A stretch of 64,000 nt of DNA from an uncultured Solirubrobacterales bacterium (GTDB taxonomy: Bacteria; Actinomycetota; Thermoleophilia; Solirubrobacterales; Solirubrobacteraceae): the NCBI GenBank assembly GCA_963770405.1, contig CAVYPO010000003.1:153120-217119 (forward strand), given 5' to 3'. Positions 36,987-45,303 of this stretch are shown here, in pieces; positions within the stretch are counted from its first letter, which is position 1; every line of letters begins with the position of its first letter. A program made the translations under genes and the position numbers. Under the pieces are notes generated by a model, which had not been told where the DNA came from, searched no databases, and saw only the letters and a list, made by a program, of their open reading frames with translations.

Positions 36987-37436
36987 CTAGTGCGCCCCCG
37001 GTGCGCTCCGGGTGGCCACCTCGGCCCACACGGTGCCGCTGTCGGTCTGCACCCCCCAGCGTTCGGTCAGCTGCGCGACGATGCGCAGGCCGAAGCCGCC
37101 GTCACCGGACGGCTGTGCCTCGGCGACCAGCGCGCGGTCGAAGCCCTTGCCGTGGTCGATGACCTCGACGCGCACCCGGTCAGCGAGTTGCGTCGCCTGC
37201 ACGGTCACGCTCTGGTCGCTCGTCAGTCCCGCGTGGCGGACCGCGTTGGTCACGAGCTCGCTGACCACGATCAGCAGCGCCTCGCGAACCTCGTCGTCGA
37301 GCGTCAGGAGGGCGGCCATCTTGGCTCTCGCCGTCGCCACCGATTGCGGTTGCGCCGGTAGATCGATCTGCAGCCGTGCCGACGTCCGGCCGTCGAGCTG
37401 AATCCGTTCCACGGCAATGGCGTACCCGAGACCCAC
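36987..37436 (-). CDS. RsbW/SpoIIAB-like anti-sigma factor serine kinase (HATPase_c_2)
   Basis: GTG 37436. 'LIVVSELVTNAVRHA' N-box and 'GGFGLRIVAQL' G-box. Confidence 0.8.
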   Translation of the reverse strand: MGLGYAIAVERIQLDGRTSARLQIDLPAQPQSVATARAKMAALLTLDDEVREALLIVVSELVTNAVRHAGLTSDQSVTVQATQLADRVRVEVIDHGKGFDRALVAEAQPSGDGGFGLRIVAQLTERWGVQTDSGTVWAEVATRSAPGAH

Positions 37437-37485
37437 CCGGGCGAAACGACGGCAACTGCGCCACCGGCGCGCGCGAGTCGGAACA

Positions 37486-39549
37486 ATGGGAGTCGTGACG
37501 TCGCACGGCCGCCTGCTTGCGGGTGTACTGCTCGCTGTGGCCGCCGGCGCGATCGCCGTCGCGGTCGGCGTCGCGCTGCTCCTCGGAGGAATCATCGATC
37601 TGCGCGGCAGCGCGGACTCGGCGCTGCACTCCGACGGCTACCTCGTGCGGGTCATCGACGTGGAGCGATCGGTGGTCGACGCCGAGACCGGTCTGCGCGG
37701 GTACGTGATCACGGGACAACCCTTGTTCCTGGCGCCCCTGCGCCGCGCCCAGCAACAGCTCCCGCCCGAGGCGACCGCGCTCGCGCAGATGGCGGCGAGC
37801 CAGCACGCCTTCACCGGCCAGGCGGACGCGCTCGCGGCCGCCGCCCGCGCCTACATGTCCGGATACGTGGCGACCCTGCTGGGGCAGATGGCCACCGACC
37901 CGGCGGCGGCGCGCACGCTCGCCGCCACCCTGCAGGGCAAGCGGGTGGTGGACAACATCCGAACCCGTACGGCGGCGCTCGAGGGCCTTGTCTCGGGGCG
38001 CCAGGCCAGTCGCGAGCACGCGGCGCACGAATCGGCCGACCGCGCGGTCGGCGAGGGCATCGTCGTGCTCGTGCTGCTCACGCTGCTGACCGCGCTGCTC
38101 GGTGGGATCCTCGGGCGGCTGCTCGTCGGCCGCGAGCGTGCGCGCGAGCGTGCCGCCCTGCTGGCCGAGGCGAGCGTCAAGCTCGACCGCGCGGTGACGG
38201 TCGTCGAGGCGCTCGAGTGCTTCACCGAGATCGCCGACGGCCGGCTGACAGAGGCCTGCCTGGCCCGAGCGCTCAGGGGCGACGAGGCCGCCCCCGGCGC
38301 GCGGGCGACCAGCGGCGACGCCGAGCTGATCGCGCTCGGCGAGGGCGAGGCCGTCGACGCGGCCCTCGCGCGCACGCGCGGCGCGGCCGGCGCCGCCAAC
38401 AGCGAGGCGCTGGTCATCCCCAGCCCGCGCGGACCGGTGCAGACGCTCGTCATCTCCTGCCGGGTGCGCGGTCGCCTCGCCGCCGACGCACTTCTGCTGC
38501 GCGGCGGCGCGGCGTGGGGACCGGGTGAGATCGCCGAGGCGTGCGAGCTCGGCTCGCGCATGGCGCTGGCCGTCCACGCGCGCAGCCTGCAGGCGGAGAC
38601 CGCGACGCTGCTTTCGCGCGCCGGGCGCACCGCGCGCACGCTGCAGCAGAGCCTGCTGCCCCGGGCCATGCCATCGATCCAGTCGTGCGAGCTGGCGGTG
38701 CGGTTCAGCCCCGCCGGCGAGGGCGACCTCGTGGGCGGCGACTTCTACGACGCGTTCGCCGTCGGACGCGACCGCTGGGCGATCGTCGTCGGGGACGTGT
38801 GCGGCAAGGGCGCCGAGGCCGCCGCCCTCACCGCGATGGCGCGCTGGACGCTGCGAAGCCTCGCGGGCGCGCCGGTGGCGCCGGCCGACGCGCTGCGCTC
38901 CCTCAACGACGCGATGCTGCGCCAGGACCTCGGCGGACGCTTCATCACGGTCGCCTACCTGCTCGTCCACGTGCGCCCGGACGAGGCGCACATCACGGTG
39001 GCCTGCGGTGGACATCCCCCGCCGGTGCTCGTACCGACGGGCGGCGATCCCGCCGCGCTGCCGGCGCACGGTGACCTGATCGGGGTGTGGCCCGACCTGC
39101 GCGTGCACAGCGCCGACGTGCGCCTCGGCAGCGGCGAGAGCCTCGTCGTGTACACCGACGGGGTGACCGACCAGGGCCCCGATCCGCGGCCCACGCCCGA
39201 GCAGGCGCTGCGCGACCAGCCGCCCAACGCGAGCGCCGCGGATCTGGCCGAAGCGCTCGAGCGCCAGGCGCTGCGCCCGCGCCACCAGCGCGACGACGTG
39301 GCCATCGTCGCGCTGCGCTTCACCGGCGGCCGGTCGGCGGCGGGACGCCCCCGGCGCCGACGCCCCCGGCGCCGACGCCCCCGGCGCGTCCGCGCCGGGC
39401 GCGGACGTCCCCGGCGCGCAGCCGTCAGGCGCCAGCGCGCCAGCGCCGCCAGCGCCGCCGCCGCCGCGGCCGAGCCGCCGGCCGGCCACGCGGCGGGACG
39501 TCGCGCACGGTGGCGCCCGGGACGCCGCCCGAACGCCCTGCGCCGCTGA
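37486..39549 (+). CDS. membrane sensor phosphatase: CHASE3 + linker + PP2C/SpoIIE (RsbU-like)
   Basis: TM 'LLAGVLLAVAAGAIAVAVGV'. CHASE3-like 'VVDAETGLRGYVITGQPLFLAP'. PP2C 'GGDFYDAF..VVGDVCGKGAEAAALTA..VVYTDGVTD..DDVAIVALR'. The 3' tail after about 39330 is Arg-rich low complexity over a 15-mer repeat, so the true stop may differ. Confidence 0.85.
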   Translation: MGVVTSHGRLLAGVLLAVAAGAIAVAVGVALLLGGIIDLRGSADSALHSDGYLVRVIDVERSVVDAETGLRGYVITGQPLFLAPLRRAQQQLPPEATALAQMAASQHAFTGQADALAAAARAYMSGYVATLLGQMATDPAAARTLAATLQGKRVVDNIRTRTAALEGLVSGRQASREHAAHESADRAVGEGIVVLVLLTLLTALLGGILGRLLVGRERARERAALLAEASVKLDRAVTVVEALECFTEIADGRLTEACLARALRGDEAAPGARATSGDAELIALGEGEAVDAALARTRGAAGAANSEALVIPSPRGPVQTLVISCRVRGRLAADALLLRGGAAWGPGEIAEACELGSRMALAVHARSLQAETATLLSRAGRTARTLQQSLLPRAMPSIQSCELAVRFSPAGEGDLVGGDFYDAFAVGRDRWAIVVGDVCGKGAEAAALTAMARWTLRSLAGAPVAPADALRSLNDAMLRQDLGGRFITVAYLLVHVRPDEAHITVACGGHPPPVLVPTGGDPAALPAHGDLIGVWPDLRVHSADVRLGSGESLVVYTDGVTDQGPDPRPTPEQALRDQPPNASAADLAEALERQALRPRHQRDDVAIVALRFTGGRSAAGRPRRRRPRRRRPRRVRAGRGRPRRAAVRRQRASAASAAAAAAEPPAGHAAGRRARWRPGRRPNALRR
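39344..39418 (+). repeat. five tandem 15-bp units (GACGCCCCCGGCGCC and variants)
   Basis: Units at 39344, 39359, 39374, 39389 and 39404. The first two are identical and the third differs at 1 nt. Confidence 0.75.
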
Positions 39550-39576
39550 CCGCCCGCCATGCGCGACGCGACGCGA

Positions 39577-39604
39577 CGCGATCGCGGTAGAGCCCGCGAT
39601 CGCG
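39577..39604. promoter_or_regulatory. two copies of the 10-bp palindrome CGCGATCGCG, 18 bp apart
   Basis: CGCGATCGCGGTAG(A/G)GCC repeated in tandem in the gap upstream of the 39655 gene. Confidence 0.3.
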
Positions 39605-39654
39605 GTAGGGCCCGACTGGTGGCGCGCCCGCAGCCGGTCTGACAGGCTGCGCGC

Positions 39655-40557
39655 GTGCAACGCCAGCGCGCCCTGAGCCTCGTCGTGGCCGCGGCGGCCG
39701 CCGTCGCCCTCATCGCGGGCCAGGCGGCGGCGCGGGGCACCCAAGTGCTCCTGTCGCTCACCTCGCGCCGGAAGGCCACCGCGCTTGCCGCCGTAGCGGC
39801 GGCGTTCGCGTTGCTGCCGGCCGGCACGACGGATGCCACGGCGACCGGACAGCTGCCCCGGGACCTGCAACGTCGCCTCGCCGCCGCCGCGGCACTGAAC
39901 CCCGCCGAGCTGACGGCGCACATCCTCGTGCGGGACTCGGACCTCGCGGACCGCGCGGCGGACTGGTCGGTGGTCATGCGCGCGCGACGATCGTCCGACG
40001 AGATCGCGATCACCGGCGTCATCGACGGCCAGCCGCTGGCGCTGTTGCTGGACCACCACTTCCAGTACCTGCACGGTCCGGGGCTGACGCAGATCCTCGG
40101 CGCCGATCGCTGGGTCCGGCGTCCGCTCCCGCGCGGAGGGTTCACGGGCAGCGCCACCCAGCTGGCGCTGCAGCTGGCGAACTCGGGCCTCGGGTTCCTG
40201 TTGCAGAGCGCCACCGCGGTCAAGCAGGCCGGCCCCGCGGTGATCGACGGGCAGCACGTGATCGGGTTCGACGCCCGCGTGCACGACACGGGGACGACAA
40301 CGGCCGTCGCCCACCTGTTCTTCGCCTCGGACGGCCTGCTCGTGCGCCGTGCCATCCCGATCGACGGCGGCCACACGACGACGGATCTGACCACCACAGA
40401 CCCCGTGGACGTGACCACTCCGCCGCCCAACGACACCGTCGACCTCGGCGCGTTGTCGGGGCATCGGCGTGCCGCCGTCAGCAGCCGTGTCATCGACGTG
40501 CTGAGCCCGCTCCTCATGGCGGTTGCCGTCGCCTCCGGCCTCGCGGGCTACGACTAG
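39655..40557 (+). CDS. hypothetical exported/membrane-anchored protein
   Basis: 300-aa ORF with high GC3. N-terminal signal-like segment and C-terminal hydrophobic tail. No motif recognised. Confidence 0.55.
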   Translation: MQRQRALSLVVAAAAAVALIAGQAAARGTQVLLSLTSRRKATALAAVAAAFALLPAGTTDATATGQLPRDLQRRLAAAAALNPAELTAHILVRDSDLADRAADWSVVMRARRSSDEIAITGVIDGQPLALLLDHHFQYLHGPGLTQILGADRWVRRPLPRGGFTGSATQLALQLANSGLGFLLQSATAVKQAGPAVIDGQHVIGFDARVHDTGTTTAVAHLFFASDGLLVRRAIPIDGGHTTTDLTTTDPVDVTTPPPNDTVDLGALSGHRRAAVSSRVIDVLSPLLMAVAVASGLAGYD

Positions 40558-40598
40558 CGCGGCCATGCCGTGCGAGCTCACGGCCCCCGTCGGCCTCC

Positions 40599-42098
40599 TC
40601 AGAGCTTCGGGAACAAGGGCGCCAGAGGGGTGACAGCTCCCCCACCGCCGCCCGCGCCGTACCGCGCGCTGGCCAGCGACTGGTCGTCCACCCCGAGCGC
40701 CTGCAGCAGCGCTGCGGTCGCCCGAGGCAGGTAGGGCACCAGCAGCACGGTCACCACGCGCAGTCCCTCCAGCAGCGACGCGAGCACGCCCCCGAGGTCG
40801 GCGGCCCGCTCGGGATCCTTGGCCAGCGTCCACGGCGCCTGCTCCTCGACGTAGCGGTTCAGCCGCCGCACGCGCTGCCAGATCACGTCCAGCGCCTGCG
40901 TCAGTTCCGCGCGGTCCATCAGCGCGGCCACCTCGTCCGCGAGCCCCTCGAAGTCGCTGCCCAGTCCCTCGTCGAGCCCCGCCGCGGGCAGGGCCACCTC
41001 GCGGTAGCGCCCCACCATGGCGATCGTGCGACTGGCCAGGTTCCCGTATTCGTTGGCCAGCTCGGTCTCATAGCGCGTCTCGAAGCCGGCGGTCGAGACC
41101 GAGCCGTCACGCCCGAAGGAGACCTCGCGAAAGCAGTAGTAGCGCAGCGCGTCGGAGCCGAAGCGCTCGATGATCGCGAACGGGTCGAGCACGTTGCCCA
41201 GCGATTTGCTCATCTTCTGGTCGTCGAGCAGCAGGAACCCGTGCACGAAGACGTGCTCGGGGATCGCCAGGTCGGCCGCCATCAGCAGCGCCGGCCAGAA
41301 CACGGTGTGAAACTTCAGGATGTCCTTGCCGATGAGGTGAAACGTGGCCGGCCAGAAGCGCTCGGTGAGATCCTCGCCCTCACGCGCATAGCTGAGGGCG
41401 GTGTAGTAGTTGAGCAGCGCGTCGAACCACACGTAGAAGACGTGGGTCGGATCCCAGGGCACCGGGACGCCCCAGGTCAGCTTGCCTCGCGTCAGCGAGA
41501 CGTCCTGCAACCCCTGGGCGATGAAGCTGCGCGCCTCGTTGAAGTGATGCCTGGGCATGACGAAGTCCGGCCGCTGCGCGTAGAGCTCCTCGAGCGCGCC
41601 CTGGAACGTCGACAGCCGGAAGAAGTAGTTCTCCTCGCTCTCCCAGGTGAGCACGATCCCGTGGATCGGGCAGGTGTTGCCCTCGGCGATCTCGGACTCA
41701 CTCTTGAAGTCCGCACAGCGGGGGCAGTACCAGCCCTCGTACAGGCCCTTGTACACGTGTCCGTTCTCGTACACGCGCGTCAGCACCTCCTGCACCTTGG
41801 CCATGTGCTGCGGGTCCGACGTGCGGATGAAGAAGTCGTTGCTGACGTCGAGGATCGGGCCGAGGGCCCGAAAGCGCTCGGCGTTGCGATCCGCCAGCTC
41901 CTGCGGGGAGACGCCCTGGGCCTCTGCGGCCAGGGCCACCGGCTCACCGTGCTCATCGGTTCCGGTGAGGAAGAAGACCTCCTCGCCGCGCTGGCGCATG
42001 TGCCGCGCGAGGATGTCCGCGGCGATCGTCGTGTACGCGTGCCCGAGATGCGGGGCCGCGTTGACGTAGTAGATCGGGGTGGTGACGTAGAAGCTCAC
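40599..42098 (-). CDS. metG: methionine--tRNA ligase (short form without C-terminal tRNA-binding domain)
   Basis: 499 aa. 'APHLGHAY' (HIGH) and 'KMSKSLGN' (KMSKS) motifs. Confidence 0.95.
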   Translation of the reverse strand: MSFYVTTPIYYVNAAPHLGHAYTTIAADILARHMRQRGEEVFFLTGTDEHGEPVALAAEAQGVSPQELADRNAERFRALGPILDVSNDFFIRTSDPQHMAKVQEVLTRVYENGHVYKGLYEGWYCPRCADFKSESEIAEGNTCPIHGIVLTWESEENYFFRLSTFQGALEELYAQRPDFVMPRHHFNEARSFIAQGLQDVSLTRGKLTWGVPVPWDPTHVFYVWFDALLNYYTALSYAREGEDLTERFWPATFHLIGKDILKFHTVFWPALLMAADLAIPEHVFVHGFLLLDDQKMSKSLGNVLDPFAIIERFGSDALRYYCFREVSFGRDGSVSTAGFETRYETELANEYGNLASRTIAMVGRYREVALPAAGLDEGLGSDFEGLADEVAALMDRAELTQALDVIWQRVRRLNRYVEEQAPWTLAKDPERAADLGGVLASLLEGLRVVTVLLVPYLPRATAALLQALGVDDQSLASARYGAGGGGGAVTPLAPLFPKL

Positions 42099-42128
42099 GC
42101 GGCACGCAGGCTACTAATCGGCGCCTGC

Positions 42129-43244
42129 CTACCCCTTCGGCTTGGTCACCGTGACCTTCTTGGTGGTCCTGCAGCGCTGCTTGACCTTGCCGTCGACCCT
42201 CCTCGGCGTGCAGGTCGTGGTGATGGTCGTGCACACCTCGACAGTCTTGCCGTGTCGCTTGGCCGGTGCGCAGCCGCTCGCGCTGTTGACGCTGGTGCCG
42301 CTGGTCATGAGGTCGGAGAGCAACTGGAATGCCACACGCAGAAGGGTGAGGTATTGGTCGACCAGTCCCGCGGGCCGCGCGAACACACGCACCGTCGAGC
42401 CGTTGGGCGCGGTCAGCCAGGTCACCGTCACCGGGATGACCCGGTTGAGGAAGCGACGGCGCTCGGCACTCGTGCGCAGGGTCGGCGAGGCGTTGATCGC
42501 CGGGCCGGCGCCGACCGCCAGGTTGTTCTGTGCCGTCAGCGAGAAGGATCCGACCGACGGTGCCAAGGCGACGGTGACGGCGCCCACGCCGTCCGGGACC
42601 AGGGCCACGAGGGTGTGTCCGGTCTGGTCCAGCTCCGACGGGCCCGAGAACCCGCTCAGGGCGAAGCTCGTGGCGAAGGCCATCGGAGCGGAAGCGGTCA
42701 TCGTCGAGCCCGTGTGCGTGACGGCCGGAACGTCGATCAGCGCGTACGCCGGGCCCGTGCCCTCCAATGCCCAGTCGAGGCGAAGCTCCTGCGCGAGCAC
42801 CGCCACAGTGGGCCCGCCGGCCCGTCGGCAGGCGGCCGAGAGCGTGGGCCTGCCCACCGGCGCGATCCCGACGACCAGGTACACCGACCCGGCGCTGGTC
42901 TGTTGGAGCAGGCGGGTCAGCGACGGGTCATAGCTCGACAGGCGACCCGTGAGCAGCCCGTGCAGCGTGGCGGCGGCCGGCGGGACGTCGGAGGGCGCCT
43001 GCGGCCGGCGCAGCACGGCGTAGGAGGCGAGCACGCTCGCCGGCGTGGTGCCAGCCTGGATCCGAGCGGACGCGCCGGCGTACAGCTGGTTCAGGCATTG
43101 CTTCCCGCTGGGCTTCTTCGCCCCCGCGGCGCCCGCGGCGCCGACCAGCCCCACGGCGAGCGCGACGGCCGTGAGCGTCACCGCCCCCGCGCGCCACGCC
43201 AGGCCTCGAGCCCACGCGCCCCTGTCACCGCCAGCCCGAGTCAC
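42129..43244 (-). CDS. hypothetical exported protein, tandem paralog 1 (with Cys/Lys-rich C-terminal extension)
   Basis: ORF 42129..43340, start probably GTG 43244. Shares 'VLASYAVLRRPQ.PSD.PP', 'GSVYL.VG.AP', 'LVPDGVGAV', 'VTVTWLTAP.G..VR.FARPAGLVD.Y' with the next gene. Ends '..KKVTVTKPKG'. Confidence 0.65.
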   Translation of the reverse strand: MTRAGGDRGAWARGLAWRAGAVTLTAVALAVGLVGAAGAAGAKKPSGKQCLNQLYAGASARIQAGTTPASVLASYAVLRRPQAPSDVPPAAATLHGLLTGRLSSYDPSLTRLLQQTSAGSVYLVVGIAPVGRPTLSAACRRAGGPTVAVLAQELRLDWALEGTGPAYALIDVPAVTHTGSTMTASAPMAFATSFALSGFSGPSELDQTGHTLVALVPDGVGAVTVALAPSVGSFSLTAQNNLAVGAGPAINASPTLRTSAERRRFLNRVIPVTVTWLTAPNGSTVRVFARPAGLVDQYLTLLRVAFQLLSDLMTSGTSVNSASGCAPAKRHGKTVEVCTTITTTCTPRRVDGKVKQRCRTTKKVTVTKPKG

Positions 43245-43364
43245 CGCGTCCCCCTGATGGTCACCTGCAGTCGCCCGGCAGTCTACGTTGCGCACCGGTT
43301 CCCGACCGCTACGCGCCCCGTGAGCATGCCAGGCGGCCACGAGCGCCGGGCGCCGGGCACCTCC

Positions 43365-44327
43365 CTACCCCGTCGGCTTCGACACCGTGACCGTCTTGGC
43401 GATCTCGACCTCCAGGTGCAGCTCCGCGATGTACTCGTCGACCAGCCCCGCCGGCCGCGCGAACTCGCGCACGCTGGCGCCACCCGGCGCGGTCAGCCAG
43501 GTGACGGTCAGCGGGAGGAACTCGTTGACGAAGCGTCGCTGCTCGGCGGCGGTGCGCAACAGCGGCGCGGCGTCGATCGCCGGCCCCGCGCCCTGGCCGA
43601 GGTTGGCCTGCACGGGAAGCGTGAAGGATCCGACCGAAGGCGCGTAGCTGAACCGGACCGCACCGACGCCGTCGGGCACGAGGGTGATGAAGCCGCTGCC
43701 GATCGGGTGGCTCAGGCCGGAGACGCCATAGCTGAATCCCTCGCCGGCCGCGGCAAAGCTCGTGACGGGTGTCGCGGTGGCCGAACCGTTCGAGCCGGGG
43801 CCCGCGACGGAGGGGATCTCGATCAGGGCGTACGCCGGGCCGCTGCCCTCGACGGTGCGCTCGACGTTGAGCAGCCGCACCAGCGCGGCTTCGCCCGCCC
43901 GCCGGCAGGCGGTCGAGAGGGCGATCCTGCCGCGCGGCGCGACGCCGACAGCGAGGTACACCGACCCGGCGATCGACCGCGACAGCAGGCGGGTCGCGAA
44001 CGGGTCATAGCTCGCGAGCCGGCCCGAGAGCAGCGCGGACAGCCCGGCCGAGGCCGGCGGGATGTCGGACGGAACCTGTGGGCGGCGCAGGACGGCGTAG
44101 GAGGCCAGCACGCTCAGGGGCGTCGTGCCGGTCCGCATCACCGCGGGTGCGCCGATGCCCAGCTGCCTTGCGCATGGCGACGGGTTGGGCTTCTTCGCGG
44201 CGGCCGCACCGGCGCCGCCGGCCAGGAACACCGCGAGCGCGATCGCCGCCGCCGCCACAACACCCGCGCGCCACGCCAGCCGCCGGCCGCGCGCACCCCC
44301 GCCCCCGTGCCCGTGCACCCGAATCAT
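43365..44327 (-). CDS. hypothetical exported protein, tandem paralog 2
   Basis: ORF 43365..44378, start probably ATG 44327. Ends '..KTVTVSKPTG'. Confidence 0.65.
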   Translation of the reverse strand: MIRVHGHGGGGARGRRLAWRAGVVAAAAIALAVFLAGGAGAAAAKKPNPSPCARQLGIGAPAVMRTGTTPLSVLASYAVLRRPQVPSDIPPASAGLSALLSGRLASYDPFATRLLSRSIAGSVYLAVGVAPRGRIALSTACRRAGEAALVRLLNVERTVEGSGPAYALIEIPSVAGPGSNGSATATPVTSFAAAGEGFSYGVSGLSHPIGSGFITLVPDGVGAVRFSYAPSVGSFTLPVQANLGQGAGPAIDAAPLLRTAAEQRRFVNEFLPLTVTWLTAPGGASVREFARPAGLVDEYIAELHLEVEIAKTVTVSKPTG

Positions 44328-44390
44328 CACGTCCCCATCGATGGTCACCTGCGTCGCCGCGCAGTCTACGTCGCGCACCGGTTCCCCCCG

Positions 44391-45260
44391 CTACGCGCCC
44401 GATGAGCCTGCCGTCGCGTCCCGCCGCGCCCACACCTCGAAGTCGGTGAGCGTCAGCGGGCCGAACGAGGTGATCAGCGCCACGTCGACCGCGTCGCGGC
44501 CGCGGCCCACCACGACCCGCCCGACGCGCGGGGTGTTGTTGCGGGCGTCGAAGGTGTGCCAGCGACCGTCGAGGTAGACCTCGAACCAGGCGGCGAAGTC
44601 CATCGGCTCCGGCGGCCGGGGCAGGTCGATGTCGGGGATGTAGCCGAACACGTAGCGGGCGGGGATGTTCAGGGCGCGGCAGAAGGTGATGGCCAGGTGC
44701 GCGAAGTCGCGACAGACACCCTGACCGGCGCGGTAGGCGTCGGCGGCCGTCGTCCACGAATTGGAGGTGCCCTCGACCCACTGCAGATGGCCGTGGACGT
44801 AGTCGACGATCGCCTGCACCCGCGACCAGCCGGGGGCCAGGTCGCCGAAGCGCTGCCACGCCTCGTGGCCGAGCTCGTCGGGCAGGCAGAAGCGGCTCGG
44901 CATCACGAAGGTCAGGACGTCGTCGGGCAGCGATGCCACCGGCACCTCGGGCGCGCCGGGCTCGACGACGTCGTCGGGGTGCTCGAGCAGCACGTGGGCC
45001 TCGTAGGTGACGTGGGTGGCCCCGGCGCCGAGCGCGAACCGCTCGCAGCGGTTGATGTACTGATCGACGTAGCCGTGGTGCTCGGCCGCCGTGTCCCAGC
45101 GCTCGGCCGTGATGGTGACGCCGGGTGCCAGACACGGCGCCACCTGCAGGATCGCGGTGGCCGGCTGCGTGGAGTCCAGCCCGAAGCGACAGCCCACCGT
45201 GAGCGCCAGCGGCTGCTCATCCACGACGCCGCTTGCGCCCGAGGCCATCCGATCGATCAT
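44391..45260 (-). CDS. transglutaminase-like family protein (Bact_transglu_N + transglutaminase core)
   Basis: 'GQGVCRDFAHLAITFCRALNIPARYVFGY' catalytic Cys context, and downstream 'WHTFDA' His/Asp region. Confidence 0.88.
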   Translation of the reverse strand: MIDRMASGASGVVDEQPLALTVGCRFGLDSTQPATAILQVAPCLAPGVTITAERWDTAAEHHGYVDQYINRCERFALGAGATHVTYEAHVLLEHPDDVVEPGAPEVPVASLPDDVLTFVMPSRFCLPDELGHEAWQRFGDLAPGWSRVQAIVDYVHGHLQWVEGTSNSWTTAADAYRAGQGVCRDFAHLAITFCRALNIPARYVFGYIPDIDLPRPPEPMDFAAWFEVYLDGRWHTFDARNNTPRVGRVVVGRGRDAVDVALITSFGPLTLTDFEVWARRDATAGSSGA

Positions 45261-45303
45261 TGCCACCGAGGATGGCAGCTCTTCGCCGCGTCCTACACGC
45301 CGC

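Noticed and set aside
39344-39418. Possibility that the short tandem repeats here, at 5530-5559 and at 56555-56576 are CRISPR-like.
   Set aside because: The units are contiguous with no spacers, only 11-15 bp long and present in 2-5 copies. There are no cas genes.
37180-40833. 1217-aa ORF on the minus strand. Similar giants include 41241..44405 (1054 aa), 30857..32830, 53961..56135, 48095..49603, 55310..56977 and 56503..58092.
   Set aside because: Their translations are dominated by Arg, Pro, Gly and Ala with no motifs. Each lies antisense or out of frame to a gene with clear family signatures (PP2C, metG, ALDH and others). Long stop-free off-frames are expected at this GC content.
42099-42128. 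Hairpin GCAGGC-N11-GCCTGC (42106-42128) between tandem paralog 1 and metG, considered as a T-box or attenuator.
   Set aside because: The whole gap is only 30 nt, far too short for a T-box or riboswitch. At most it is a small stem between co-transcribed genes.
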